A DNA stretch of 64,000 nucleotides from Gammaproteobacteria bacterium (GCA_965222155.1 CBDCTH010000012.1:512001-576000); one strand, 5' to 3'. Positions 10,145 through 20,869 are shown, counted from the stretch's first letter. Translations and numbers: made by a program. The notes: a model not told the origin generated them from the letters alone.

Positions 10145-12139
10145 ATGAAAAAAATAGTCATAATTCTTTCCATCTTGGCGATTGGCATGTCTGCCTGTAG
10201 CAACAATACTAAATATAAACCTGTAACGGTGGACAACCGAGGCGAGGCCGGTGTAATTCTCCTCTCGGTCAATTCGACTATTCCTTGGAGTGAAGCGTCG
10301 ACTGAGATGGCCCCTGAATTCGATTTGGCTAACGGAGATGCAGCACTTAAAAAGGTTATTCGTTCCACGGCGCGGGTGCAGCAGCAGATCCTCGATACTT
10401 TTGGGGTTGGTTTGGGCATCGGGCTGGGACAAACCAGCACAGCACCGGATGCCCCGACCACACCACCCTCCAACTCTACGCCACCAACACTAACCGGTGG
10501 ACAGGATGACATCGGTGTGGATCCTTTTCTGGAATATAAAGCAGCACAATCATTATACCAGTATGTCAAACTATTGAACGCGGAAGTTCGCAATGCAGCT
10601 ATCCGCAAAGGTTACGTTCCCCATATTGTGATGCTGAAACTTACCCCGATGTTATATCGGCGGAATCTGTCCTACGATATTCACGCAACAATATCTTTCT
10701 TCCATACGAAGCTCTCTCCAGCTCCTGATCACAAACTGCCCTATGTTGTCCCTATTCTGGCAACGGATAACCTGGAACGCGCAATCAAGTCCTCGGTGGT
10801 GGAAGTTTCTCGTCAGGTCGGCTTGGCTTTAAATGCCATGATTAGCGGCACTGGCGCAAACTTGAGCCTCGCCAAACTGAACCGAAACCTGCATGCAATC
10901 GAAGCAAGCGACTTTAACAGCCTTCTTACTGTAGGGCGCCTGACAGATAACAGCCTTTATATACGTCTCGGCGCCGCCAGCCAGGCTACGGCTCGCTTTG
11001 CTGCAATTGGAAAAACCTACGATATTGCCACTCTGGTTCTGGTGCCGCATGAGTATTACAAAAGTTGCAACAGGCAAGGAGAAGTCCCAACACTGAGTAT
11101 TATCAGTCGTACTGAATTGCGCAATGCCTTCACTGGTGAACAACTGAACGAGACTCCACAGCATATTCAAATAGATAAATTTGAGGAAAGCCTTCGTCCT
11201 GTGTTGAAAGTCAACCCGGACGCATTGAAGGCTTGGGACAAAAAAACACCAGACGAAAAGTATGCGTCTCTTACGAAACTGGCCGCAGAGGTTCATAAGT
11301 CAGATTGGAACGGTTTTGAAACAGCCGCGAAAAAAGAGGGGGGCATATGCAAACTCCCAGACGTGTACCTAAAGCCCTTATGGCACGTGATTGCCGGCAT
11401 TACGGCGGACAGTTCCTTCAAAAGTGCATCTGTACAACTCAAATCTTTGCCTTCTCTGAAGATCCCGTCTCAAACGGCGATCTTGCGCGATTATGGAGAA
11501 AAAGGCATGGAAGTAGTGCTTCGCAATGTTTCCGGCGCTCATACAGGAGCAGTAACAGGGCGACTTGTATACGAATCCGGTGAAGAATTCCCGGCCGAAA
11601 CTATCACTGTTGAACCCGATGCACAACTTCTACGTCTTAGATTTGTATCACCCAAACCATGGAAGTTAGACCCTAAGGGTTCAAGCCTGTGTATTAAAGC
11701 TTCCGAGTGTCATTGGGGAAATGCCTGTCCAGAAAATGATTTGCAGGACTGTTACCCAGTGGCCTACTTGCCAGTTCTTCCTGTACCACCACCACTACCT
11801 TCATTGGACCTCAGGCAGACGCTGAAAGTGATTGTTGCTAATAAAGGCAAAGGAGATACAACCATATTTATCGATCGCCTGGAGGAAGACAGCGTTGAGT
11901 TAACGGTTGAAGGCGCTCGGATTGTGAGTGCTAACGACGACAGCAATAAACCGATTCCAGTGAGTAAACAACGAGTTATGTTAAACGCTGACACAAGCGT
12001 TAATTTGAGTCTTGATAACCTCCGCCCCGGTATAAAAGTAACAATCAAGGCCACAGGGCTAAAAAAGGCGCCGGGAACCAACAAGCCGATTCCAACCGGT
12101 TCTAAGAAGGTAGACTTCGAGGTGGTCAAGGCCGAATAA
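10145..12139 (+). CDS. Large hypothetical lipoprotein
   Basis: MKKIVIILSILAIGMSA-C lipobox-type signal at ATG 10145; Pro/Thr-rich linker; beta-rich C-terminus. Confidence 0.75.
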   Translation: MKKIVIILSILAIGMSACSNNTKYKPVTVDNRGEAGVILLSVNSTIPWSEASTEMAPEFDLANGDAALKKVIRSTARVQQQILDTFGVGLGIGLGQTSTAPDAPTTPPSNSTPPTLTGGQDDIGVDPFLEYKAAQSLYQYVKLLNAEVRNAAIRKGYVPHIVMLKLTPMLYRRNLSYDIHATISFFHTKLSPAPDHKLPYVVPILATDNLERAIKSSVVEVSRQVGLALNAMISGTGANLSLAKLNRNLHAIEASDFNSLLTVGRLTDNSLYIRLGAASQATARFAAIGKTYDIATLVLVPHEYYKSCNRQGEVPTLSIISRTELRNAFTGEQLNETPQHIQIDKFEESLRPVLKVNPDALKAWDKKTPDEKYASLTKLAAEVHKSDWNGFETAAKKEGGICKLPDVYLKPLWHVIAGITADSSFKSASVQLKSLPSLKIPSQTAILRDYGEKGMEVVLRNVSGAHTGAVTGRLVYESGEEFPAETITVEPDAQLLRLRFVSPKPWKLDPKGSSLCIKASECHWGNACPENDLQDCYPVAYLPVLPVPPPLPSLDLRQTLKVIVANKGKGDTTIFIDRLEEDSVELTVEGARIVSANDDSNKPIPVSKQRVMLNADTSVNLSLDNLRPGIKVTIKATGLKKAPGTNKPIPTGSKKVDFEVVKAE

Positions 12140-12176
12140 GTCTCACAGAGTTATAAATCAAATAAGGAGTAAATCA

Positions 12177-13163
12177 ATGTACGATTGCGATAAAAAAAAT
12201 GATGAAAAAACAAATGGTGGTACCGGAACCGACCCCGTCCCTCTTTTCTGGATAGCGAAACCGACCGCTCTGGACGGCGGTAATGAATCTTCGGCCCGGC
12301 GTATCGTCACCATGGGGTGGCACCCTGATATACCCGACTTTCGGGATAAATCTCTTAAGCATAAGGATATATGCAAGAAACTCGCTGATACCAATTCCTT
12401 AATAACCAATGGTGCAGATATCCCGGATTCTGTAGATCATAGAGAGTGGTGTTCCCCCGTAGAGGATCAGGGCAAGCTGGGTTCCTGCACCGCTCAGGCC
12501 GTAGTTGGACTCATGGAATACATGATGCGTCGAAGCACTGGTGAACATGTAGACGGTTCCCGACTCTTCACCTATAAAGTCACACGAAAACTACTCGGCC
12601 GGACAGGAGACCACGGGGCTTATCTGCGGACTGCCATGCATTCAGTGGCCGCCTTTGGCGTGCCGCCGGAAAAGCATTGGCCCTATGTCATTGAGAACTA
12701 TGAAGAAGAGCCATCTAGCTTTCTCTATTCCTTTACCAACAACTACAAGGCTCTCAACTACACTCGTCTCGACCCCATCGGTGAACAACCCGACAAGATT
12801 CTCGATTCTCTCAAGCGGGTTTTGGCAGCGGGATACTGTGCAGTCTTCGGATTTACAGTCTACTCCTCTCTATCCAATAAAGCTGACATCCCCTATCCGA
12901 CGGAAGACGATTCGGTTTGGGGTGGTCACGCTGTAATGGCTGTCGGCTACGATGACTATCATAAAAAAGACAACAGTGATAAAGTGGTCCCCTCTCTAAT
13001 TATCAAAAACTCGTGGGGACCGGGTTGGGGTGAGCATGGCTATGGCTACCTACCGTATAAATACGTCCGCGAAGGATTAGCGAGAGATTTCTGGACTGTC
13101 TTCAAATGGGATTGGATAGACTCCGGAAAATTCGACGGAGCAGAGGTTAATAACCGTACCTAA
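12177..13163 (+). CDS. Papain-like C1 family cysteine peptidase
   Basis: QGKLGSCTAQA (Cys), GGHAVMAVGYD (His) and IKNSWG (Asn); AAGGAG RBS. Confidence 0.93.
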   Translation: MYDCDKKNDEKTNGGTGTDPVPLFWIAKPTALDGGNESSARRIVTMGWHPDIPDFRDKSLKHKDICKKLADTNSLITNGADIPDSVDHREWCSPVEDQGKLGSCTAQAVVGLMEYMMRRSTGEHVDGSRLFTYKVTRKLLGRTGDHGAYLRTAMHSVAAFGVPPEKHWPYVIENYEEEPSSFLYSFTNNYKALNYTRLDPIGEQPDKILDSLKRVLAAGYCAVFGFTVYSSLSNKADIPYPTEDDSVWGGHAVMAVGYDDYHKKDNSDKVVPSLIIKNSWGPGWGEHGYGYLPYKYVREGLARDFWTVFKWDWIDSGKFDGAEVNNRT

Positions 13164-13195
13164 TTTACCACCCTTGTTATTACCATTATTAACAG

Positions 13196-13510
13196 TGTCG
13201 TCAACAAATAGATTTGTCCGTTCCGAGCGCCCCCGGGCCGCCGGGGAATACGTGGGTATCATCGCAATGCTTAACTGCCGCAGGGCCTGCCCGAACTGCG
13301 TCAGGTTGACCTTGTCCACTTTCCCGCCGGCCTCAGGGGTTAAACCAATAATGACTCCCCCGGTCCGTGTATAACGAGCAGAATAATCCCTTCTCTTCAA
13401 CCACCTCGCGCACTCCCTTAAAACCGCTCTGAGTGCCTTCCTCCGCATAGAAGAACATTGAATAATGGGTGCTGGTCGCATCCTCCATGGTCACAATCAC
13501 CAATCCGCCG
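13196..13510 (-). mobile_element. Truncated, frameshifted transposase remnant of IS1202-like (ISNCY) type with one terminal inverted repeat
   Basis: IVTMEDATS..SLYTDRGSHYW and TQFGQALRQL..YSPAARGRSER lie in two frames; TGTCGTCAACAAATAGATTTGTCC end at 13196. Confidence 0.75.
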
Positions 13511-13555
13511 GATGCCTGCAGGGGGCGCATCCAGGGATATCAAACCAGTATCAAA

Positions 13556-13628
13556 CCAGGACACCCATAAAAAGAGACGGGTTGAGGCCGCTCCTTTTTT
13601 CCGCAAGATGATTTTATGGGTGTCCTGG
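13556..13628. repeat. MITE-like ~73 bp element, copy 1
   Basis: Terminal inverted repeats CCAGGACACCCATAAAA / TTTTATGGGTGTCCTGG. Confidence 0.8.
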
Positions 13629-13851
13629 AATTGCTTCCATACCAAGACACTGTATGCCCGTCATCTTAGCTCCGATAGATACACCGCATAATAATTTCGC
13701 CAACTCTGGCGCATATTTTTGGGATATATCCCCATCATGCTACGATCTCGTTAAGGATACTCGTGATATGTACCATTTTCTTGCGTTTCCGTCGTATCAT
13801 TCATATATAGTACCTCATCAGAAGAGATGGCCGAGTGGCTTAATATCAAAT

Positions 13852-13925
13852 CAGGACACCCATAAAAAGGGAATGGGTTGAGGCCGGTCCTTATTTTCCT
13901 CAAGATGATTTTATGGGTGTCCTGG
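13852..13925. repeat. MITE-like ~73 bp element, copy 2
   Basis: Direct repeat of 13556-13628 with the same inverted repeats and a diverged interior. Confidence 0.8.
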
Positions 13926-13981
13926 AATTATCCTCTGACTACATACAGGGGCAGGTATCCATGATCTATCAAATTCCCGTC

Positions 13982-14006
13982 GGGGGCAGATTTGAAATCT
14001 GTCCCC
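13982..14006. repeat. Palindromic repeat family A
   Basis: GGGGGCAGATTTGAAATCTGTCCCC. Confidence 0.8.
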
Positions 14007-14022
14007 TGTTCTTCTGGTACCC

Positions 14023-15003
14023 ATGGCGGACAACAGAACAGATATCGTCTTAGGCGTTGTCTATAACGCCGGGAAGGACAAGGTGCTGGTAACCAGGCGC
14101 CCGCGCCACTCCCACCTTGGCGGCCTGTGGGAATTTCCCGGCGGCAAGGTCAAGAGTGGCGAAAACCCACTTCAGGCCTTGCAGCGGGAACTGTTCGAGG
14201 AGATAAATATAGAGGTAAGGGATTGCTCACCGCTGATCTCATTCGATTATGATTACCCCGATAAATCGTTGAGATTCCATGTATGGAAAATACACGGCTG
14301 GGCGGGGGAGTTAACGGGAAAAGAAGGACAGGAAACGCAATGGGTCGATATATCCTCCCTGGCGGCTCAGGATTTTCCTGCGGCGAACAAGGGTATTATA
14401 GCTGCCTGCAAACTGCCGGCGCTGTATCTCATCACCCCGGACCTGGATAGTTATACCCCGGCTTTTGTGAGCGAATTACAGGCGTACCTGGCGGCAGGTG
14501 TGAAACTGGTACAGTTTAGAAGTAAAAAATCGGATATCCGCGCACCCGCCCTCAGCGAAATGATTAGCGCCTGTCGAAGCCGGGGAGCGGGGCTGATCGT
14601 CAATTCCACTCCTGAGTTTGCCATGAAAGTCGGCGCTGCCGGTGTCCACCTGACCAGCAAACGCCTGCTGGAATTAACCGGACGCCCGTTACCTGCCGGG
14701 TCCTGGGTTGGCGCTTCCTGCCACGACCTCCGGGAATTGAATCATGCCGTAGAGACGGGCATTGATTTTTGTGTCTTATCGCAGGTCAGCAAATCCAGCG
14801 GAAAGAATGGTTTTTCACTGGGGTGGGACAGGTTTTCCGACATGATCAGGAATATACCCGTTCCCGTTTACGCCCTGGGTGGGATGAAACTTTCTGATTT
14901 AACTATTGCCAGGCAGCACGGCGCCCAGGGTATTGCCTTGATAAGCGACGTGTGGAACAAGCCGGACTCCGCCGCAAGACTAACCCGGACGTTAATCGAA
15001 TGA
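14023..15003 (+). CDS. mutT: Nudix hydrolase (MutT-like) fused to thiamine-phosphate-synthase-like domain
   Basis: WEFPGGKVKSGE..RELFEE Nudix box; LYLIT, GVHL, GASCH and VYALGG in the TIM-barrel half. Confidence 0.9.
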   Translation: MADNRTDIVLGVVYNAGKDKVLVTRRPRHSHLGGLWEFPGGKVKSGENPLQALQRELFEEINIEVRDCSPLISFDYDYPDKSLRFHVWKIHGWAGELTGKEGQETQWVDISSLAAQDFPAANKGIIAACKLPALYLITPDLDSYTPAFVSELQAYLAAGVKLVQFRSKKSDIRAPALSEMISACRSRGAGLIVNSTPEFAMKVGAAGVHLTSKRLLELTGRPLPAGSWVGASCHDLRELNHAVETGIDFCVLSQVSKSSGKNGFSLGWDRFSDMIRNIPVPVYALGGMKLSDLTIARQHGAQGIALISDVWNKPDSAARLTRTLIE

Positions 15004-15006
15004 TTT

Positions 15007-15777
15007 TTATGAAATACAGTAATGCAGTTCAAATTCCACGTCATTTTCGGTTTGTACCGGCCGGTTTTCGGTTTCGGCCTGTTCCATGAACCGGACGGTA
15101 ACCCGATGTTTTCCCCCACTGATTTCAGGGAAACACTTCCGCTCCCGAGGGATGATTATTCTGATCAACTTATAGGTCGTGCCCGTTTCAATGGACTGCT
15201 GAAAAAATCCCGCCATGGCAGTTTCTTTTGTCGGATTGGCGTTGTTCCTGATCAAATTCAGCACCAGGTTTGTGCCCTTTTGGACAATTAACATATCTTC
15301 CTGCCATTCCCGCAGACGTTGTTGCCTGGCGCGCGTTGGCTTGTTCAGCCAGTGGTGATAAGCAGGCAGGTCAAAATTGCTAGCGCCTCCCGCCAGTGAG
15401 CCTTTTTGTTTGATAGAGCTGATCAACTCATCCGCATCCAGTATCGCCCCCGGCTGACAGGCATTATCCTGAATAGTCTCGAGACACTCGTTGAGATCGC
15501 CAAGGACGTGTTTGAGCTTGTACGTATCCACTCCGGGATTTCCTTTCAGCGAGCGCAACACCGACTGGCAGCGCTCCAGTTCCTTGGCCAACTCGGTTTT
15601 GATGTCGGACAACTTCAGTAAATTATTCAAGTCAGTTAACAGGGAGATGGACAAGCGCATATCCCAAACGTCCAGTGACCCGGAATAATGATTTAACCGG
15701 TTGAATAAGTTCTCAATCCTTAATAAGGTCCTGATGCGTTCATTCAGGGGTTGTTCATATACCAGGTGATTTTCCAT
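15007..15777 (-). CDS. zapD: Cell division protein ZapD
   Basis: YEQPLNERIRTLLRIE and PEISGGKHR; downstream of coaE. Confidence 0.93.
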   Translation of the reverse strand: MENHLVYEQPLNERIRTLLRIENLFNRLNHYSGSLDVWDMRLSISLLTDLNNLLKLSDIKTELAKELERCQSVLRSLKGNPGVDTYKLKHVLGDLNECLETIQDNACQPGAILDADELISSIKQKGSLAGGASNFDLPAYHHWLNKPTRARQQRLREWQEDMLIVQKGTNLVLNLIRNNANPTKETAMAGFFQQSIETGTTYKLIRIIIPRERKCFPEISGGKHRVTVRFMEQAETENRPVQTENDVEFELHYCIS

Positions 15778-15799
15778 AGCAGTTACGCCGGCCAATTTG

Positions 15800-16417
15800 T
15801 TAATGATTGTTTTTCTGACGGGATAATTCGATATATTTGTTATGTATATTTACAACCTTAATTTTCATATCGCTCATACTACCATCGTTGACAATAATGT
15901 CATGCGCGGCGCGCAGTCTTTCCGAGCGGCTGATTTGAGCCATGATTATACTCCTTGCCTGGTCTTCATTCGTATTATCTCGCCGGGTCACCCGCTCTAC
16001 CTGTAATTCTTCAGGTGCATCCACCACCAGTACCCTGTCCATGGCCGCCTGTCCGCCTGTTTCCATCAATAAGGGTATGCAGATAATACAATAAGGATAT
16101 TTCACTCGATTTATGAACGTTTGAATTTCCGCGCGGACGCGCGGGTGGATGATGGCTTCCAGTTGTTTTTTCAACGCCGGATCGGTAAAGATGAGTTCGC
16201 GTAAATGTTGCCGGTTCAGGTTGCCTGATTCGTCAAGACTCTCATTTCCGAACAGGTCGACCACTTCGTTGAAAGCCGCCTGACCGGGCATGGTAAGCCT
16301 GTGAGAAATTTCATCTGCGTCGATAGTGGGTACTCCAAGCTCATCAAAATAGTTTTTGACTATCGACTTGCCGCTGCCAATTCCCCCGGTTAAACCTACT
16401 CGCATGGGACGGTTCAT
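15800..16417 (-). CDS. coaE: Dephospho-CoA kinase
   Basis: GLTGGIGSGKS P-loop, IDAD and IIHP motifs. Confidence 0.97.
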   Translation of the reverse strand: MNRPMRVGLTGGIGSGKSIVKNYFDELGVPTIDADEISHRLTMPGQAAFNEVVDLFGNESLDESGNLNRQHLRELIFTDPALKKQLEAIIHPRVRAEIQTFINRVKYPYCIICIPLLMETGGQAAMDRVLVVDAPEELQVERVTRRDNTNEDQARSIIMAQISRSERLRAAHDIIVNDGSMSDMKIKVVNIHNKYIELSRQKNNH

Positions 16418-17292
16418 AGCGCGCTTGCTCCCAGCAGGTAGGGATAATCAAACAGGTTTAATCCCCATACCAGGCTCAGCCATCCTGCCAGAGCCAGGTA
16501 AGGCCCGAAAGATATTGGCGCCGACCTTTGCCGCCGGCGAAACAAAACCAGGTACAGCCCGACCAGTGAGCCGAGCAGGGAGGAGAGAAAAACAATCGAT
16601 GCCAATGCCTGCCAGCCTGTCCATGCCCCCAGCATTGCGAGCAGCTTCAGATCTCCCAAACCCAAACCCTCCTTTCCGCTAATGAGTTTGAACAACTGAT
16701 AAACAATCCAGAAAATGCCATAACCCGCCACGGCGCCCAACAGGCTGGAATACAAGTCAGTGAATAGCCCGAAATAGTTGCAGAGCAGGCCCAGCCATAG
16801 AAAAGGAAGGGTGATATTATCCGGCAGCAGTTGATGGTCAATATCAATGAAAGTCAATGAGATAAGCGCCCAGGTGAATAAACAGGCAAACACCATCCGG
16901 ACGGACACATCATAGTTTACCGCGACTGCCACTGTCAGTAATGCGGTTAACACCTCGACGAGGGGGTAGCGCAATGAAATCCGCTTGTTACAGCCCGTGC
17001 ATCTTCCCTTGAGAAAGACAAAACTCAACACGGGAATATTTTCCAACGCGGTGATCCTGTGACCGCAGTACGGACACCTGGAGCCGGGTTTTAATAAATT
17101 ATAAGGTTCCGCGGCGGGTTTTCCCCCATTTTTCAGTTCGAGAAATTCATGGCAGTCCTGGCGCCAGGCAAACTTCATTATGCCGGGAAGCCGCAGGATA
17201 ACCACGTTCAGGAAACTCCCGATCAGCAAACCAAGTACCGCGCTCACGGCATAAAAAAGGGGAGGCGGCATTTGCAGGAGTATATTCATCAC
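16414..17292 (-). CDS. pilD: Prepilin peptidase/N-methyltransferase
   Basis: GSFLNVVILRLP, two CxxC pairs, DIDHQLLPD and GLGDLKL. Confidence 0.96.
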   Translation of the reverse strand: MMNILLQMPPPLFYAVSAVLGLLIGSFLNVVILRLPGIMKFAWRQDCHEFLELKNGGKPAAEPYNLLKPGSRCPYCGHRITALENIPVLSFVFLKGRCTGCNKRISLRYPLVEVLTALLTVAVAVNYDVSVRMVFACLFTWALISLTFIDIDHQLLPDNITLPFLWLGLLCNYFGLFTDLYSSLLGAVAGYGIFWIVYQLFKLISGKEGLGLGDLKLLAMLGAWTGWQALASIVFLSSLLGSLVGLYLVLFRRRQRSAPISFGPYLALAGWLSLVWGLNLFDYPYLLGASAL

Positions 17293-17429
17293 ATACTGTA
17301 AAAAGGGGGGACGAGTTCATCAATATAACGAATCCTGTAAGGAATTCAATAGGGTGTGGGTCTGCACAGGCTAATATCCACACTGTGTCCTCTGTGCCCT
17401 CTGTGGTAAACAATCCCCTATGTCCCCTT

Positions 17430-20006
17430 TTATCGGGCGGAGAAGGTGAGGGCGCCTTCGTCCGCGTCCACGTAAATGGTATCCGCTGCATGAAAATTCC
17501 CGGCCAGTAACTCTTTTGCCAAAGGTGTTTCCAAGTGGGTCTGGACGGCCCGTTTTAAGGGGCGGGCGCCGTATACCGGGTCAAAACCGTTCTGCGCCAA
17601 GGTGTCTTTAGCCTTATCTGAGACGCTGATGGTGATGCCTTGTTCGGTCAGACGCTGTTTCAGCCTTTCAATCTGGATCTCGGCAATAGCCTTAAGTTGT
17701 GTGCGCTTTAAGCTATGGAACACTACCAGATCATCAATCCTGTTGAGGAATTCCGGCCGGAAATAAGCGGATACGATCTCCAGTACCGTCGATTTCATGG
17801 TCTCATAGTCGGCGTCGTCGGACAGTTCACGAATTCGATCCGAACCCAGGTTCGATGTCATGATGATAACGCTATTACGGAAATCAACGGTTCTACCCTG
17901 GCCGTCCGTCAAACGGCCGTCGTCCAATACTTGTAACAGTACGTTGAAAACGTCAGGGTGGGCTTTTTCCACTTCGTCCAGCAGTACCAGGCTATAGGGT
18001 CTGCGTCTGACCTGTTCGGTCAGTTGTCCGCCTTCGTCATAGCCAATATAGCCGGGCGGCGCGCCGATCAGCCTGGCCACTGCGTGCTTTTCCATATACT
18101 CCGACATGTCGATGCGGACAATGGCGTCTTCGCTGTCAAATAAAAAATCAGCCAGGGCTTTGCACAATTCCGTCTTGCCTACCCCGGTGGGACCGAGAAA
18201 AAGAAAAGAACCATTGGGTCTGTTCGGATCGGAAAGCCCGGCGCGGGCGCGGCGAATGGCATCTGACACCGCAACAATGGCCTCATCCTGGCCGATAACC
18301 CGGCGATGCAGCGCCTGCTCCATCTGCAGCAACTTGTCTCTTTCCCCCTGCAACATCTTTGCCACAGGAATTCCCGTCCACTTGGACACCACTTCAGCGA
18401 TCTCGTTTTCAGTTACCTTATTGCGTAACAATTGCATCGGCTTGGTTTCGGTGCGATCGGCTTTTTCGAGTTGTTTTTCAAGAGCGGGAATAATGCCGTA
18501 TTGCAATTCCGACATTCTGTTGAGATCTCCGGCCCGTTGCGCCGCCTCAAATTCCAGCCTGGCCTGCTCCAGTTTTTCCTTGATGTCATGAGCGCCCTGT
18601 AAGGCCGCTTTTTCGGATTTCCAAATCTCTTCCAGGTCGGCAAACTCCAGCTCTACGTTGCTTATGTCTTTCTCCAGGTCGGACAAACGTTTCTTTGATG
18701 CCTCATCGGATTCCTTTTTCAAGGCCTCGCGCTCAATCTTCATTTGAATGAGGCGCCTCTCCAGACGGTCCATCGCTTCCGGTTTGGAATCTATCTCGAT
18801 ACTGATTCTGCTGGCGGCCTCATCAATCAAGTCAATGGCTTTGTCGGGCAATTGTCTGTCAGTGATGTAACGCTGCCCTAGATTGGCCGCGGAAATTATT
18901 GCCGGATCGGTAATCTGAACGTTATGGTGTACTTCATAACGTTCTTTCAGACCGCGTAGAATGGCAATGGTGTCATCCACATTCGGTTCGTCGATGAATA
19001 TTTTCTGAAAGCGCCGCTCCAGCGCCGCGTCTTTTTCGATATTTTCCCTGTATTCATCCAGGGTCGTAGCGCCGATACAGTGTAACTCACCCCTGGCCAG
19101 GGCGGGTTTCAACATATTGCCGGCATCCATTGACCCTTCCGCCTTACCGGCGCCGACCATGGTATGCACCTCATCAATAAACAGGATGATCTGGCCCTGT
19201 TGTTTGTTGAGATCGTTCAATACCCCTTTCAGTCGTTCCTCAAACTCGCCGCGAAACTTCGCTCCGGCGATGAGTGAACCCATGTCCAATGCCAGCAATT
19301 GCTTGCCTTTCAAGGAGTCGGGCACCTCGCCGTTGATGATACGTTGCGCCAGGCCCTCGACTATGGCTGTTTTACCGACACCCGGTTCCCCGATCAGCAC
19401 AGGATTATTTTTCGTTCGTCTTTGCAGGACCTGGATCGTGCGGCGTATCTCCTCATCCCGACCGATAACGGGATCCAGTTTCCCCTGGATGGCCTGTTCA
19501 GTTAGATTAATCGTGAATTTATCCAATGCGCCCCGGTTATCTTCACTGTGAGGGTCGTTAACGCTTTCCCCGCCACGGATTTTATTTATCGCCGCCTCTA
19601 TTTTATGTTTGTCGGCGCCGCACTCTCGCATGAGTTTCCCCAGCCCTGATTTGTCGTCAGTGGCGGCAAGGGAGAACAATTCGCTGGAAATATATTGATC
19701 CTTACGATTTTGCGCGTACTTGTCCGTGAGGTTGAGCAGCCGCTCCAGGTCTTTGGACACGTATATTTCCCCGTTGTGTCCCTGTACCCGGGGAAAATTC
19801 TCCATGTCACGGGTTATTTGTTTGTGCAACCCGTCGACATCCACCCCTGCCAGGCCCAGTAAATGGGTGGTCGAACCGCCTTCCTGGTCCAACAGCGCGG
19901 CCATAACGTGTAACGGTTCTATAAATTGGTTATCGCGCCCCAGCGCCAGACTCTGGGCATTCGCCAAAGCCTGCTGGAATTTACTGGTTAATCTGTCTGT
20001 ACGCAT
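17430..20006 (-). CDS. clpB: Chaperone ClpB
   Basis: Two AAA+ modules ([16 protein letters not shown]) and a middle coiled coil. Confidence 0.99.
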   Translation of the reverse strand: MRTDRLTSKFQQALANAQSLALGRDNQFIEPLHVMAALLDQEGGSTTHLLGLAGVDVDGLHKQITRDMENFPRVQGHNGEIYVSKDLERLLNLTDKYAQNRKDQYISSELFSLAATDDKSGLGKLMRECGADKHKIEAAINKIRGGESVNDPHSEDNRGALDKFTINLTEQAIQGKLDPVIGRDEEIRRTIQVLQRRTKNNPVLIGEPGVGKTAIVEGLAQRIINGEVPDSLKGKQLLALDMGSLIAGAKFRGEFEERLKGVLNDLNKQQGQIILFIDEVHTMVGAGKAEGSMDAGNMLKPALARGELHCIGATTLDEYRENIEKDAALERRFQKIFIDEPNVDDTIAILRGLKERYEVHHNVQITDPAIISAANLGQRYITDRQLPDKAIDLIDEAASRISIEIDSKPEAMDRLERRLIQMKIEREALKKESDEASKKRLSDLEKDISNVELEFADLEEIWKSEKAALQGAHDIKEKLEQARLEFEAAQRAGDLNRMSELQYGIIPALEKQLEKADRTETKPMQLLRNKVTENEIAEVVSKWTGIPVAKMLQGERDKLLQMEQALHRRVIGQDEAIVAVSDAIRRARAGLSDPNRPNGSFLFLGPTGVGKTELCKALADFLFDSEDAIVRIDMSEYMEKHAVARLIGAPPGYIGYDEGGQLTEQVRRRPYSLVLLDEVEKAHPDVFNVLLQVLDDGRLTDGQGRTVDFRNSVIIMTSNLGSDRIRELSDDADYETMKSTVLEIVSAYFRPEFLNRIDDLVVFHSLKRTQLKAIAEIQIERLKQRLTEQGITISVSDKAKDTLAQNGFDPVYGARPLKRAVQTHLETPLAKELLAGNFHAADTIYVDADEGALTFSAR

Positions 20007-20039
20007 CAGTCAAGTCCGGTAATTGGTGACACCATATAA

Positions 20040-20065
20040 ATATGGGCATTTAGGTCCGATTCAAG
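20040..20065 (-). promoter_or_regulatory. Sigma-32 (RpoH) promoter of clpB
   Basis: Minus strand reads CTTGAA-N13-CCCATAT, matching the heat-shock consensus. Confidence 0.75.
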
Positions 20066-20080
20066 TCTGTGTCCTTTCCA

Positions 20081-20869
20081 TCACTGCATCCATATCATAC
20101 TTGCCATACGTCCTGTCACGCCGTCCCTGCGATAGGAATAGAACAGGTCTTTTCTACTGTAGGTACACAGGTTACATCCATAAACGTCTTCGACACCTTG
20201 TTGCAGCAGCTTGATTTTCACCAGTTGTCCGAGGTCCAGGAACCAGTGATTCGCACGACTCTGACGGATTGCCTGAGAAAACGGGACAGATTTATTTTCA
20301 CTCTGTTCCGACCGGGGACAAATTTCAAATCTGTCCCCGGTCCCCAGGCAAGCAGTGATAACGTCAGCCCCGACTTCGTAATTTTCCTGACTGATATACG
20401 GCCCCAGCCAGGCCAGTAATTCCCGGGGATTGGCGTTAAACATGGCCAGGGCGCTTTTTATGATGCCTTGACACAGGCCGCGCCAACCGATGTGGATAGC
20501 GGCAATTTCAGTGCCGGATTTATTACAGAGCAACAGGGGAATACAGTCAGCCGTTAAAACTGCACATACCCTGTCGGTTGCGCGAGTATAAGCGCCGTCC
20601 GCGTCTGCGTTTTCGTCCGGATTGACTTCAACTACCCTGCTGCCGTGGCGCTGTTTCAACCAGTTCGGCGCGGCCGGCAGGCTTAATTGACTTTGCAACC
20701 GTAAGCGGTTCTCTGCAACGGCCTGCAGGTCATCGCCTACATGACCGGCAAGGTTAAAGCTGTCGAACGGGGGGCGACTGACACCGACCAGCCGCGTTGT
20801 CGTTCCGGCGTGAATGTGCCCGGGCGCAGGCCAGTCTGCGGCCATCCATATCTCATTCATTCGACTCAT
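20081..20869 (-). CDS. pgeF: Peptidoglycan editing factor PgeF (YfiH), carrying an in-frame repeat insertion
   Basis: FNLAGHVGDD, TADCIP, HIGWRG and FYSYRR; rluD-pgeF-clpB synteny. Confidence 0.95.
   Translation of the reverse strand: MSRMNEIWMAADWPAPGHIHAGTTTRLVGVSRPPFDSFNLAGHVGDDLQAVAENRLRLQSQLSLPAAPNWLKQRHGSRVVEVNPDENADADGAYTRATDRVCAVLTADCIPLLLCNKSGTEIAAIHIGWRGLCQGIIKSALAMFNANPRELLAWLGPYISQENYEVGADVITACLGTGDRFEICPRSEQSENKSVPFSQAIRQSRANHWFLDLGQLVKIKLLQQGVEDVYGCNLCTYSRKDLFYSYRRDGVTGRMASMIWMQ
20283..20342. repeat. Family A repeats (half plus full copy) inside pgeF
   Basis: GGGACAGATTTATTTT and GACCGGGGACAAATTTCAAATCTGTCCCCGGTC. Confidence 0.85.
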
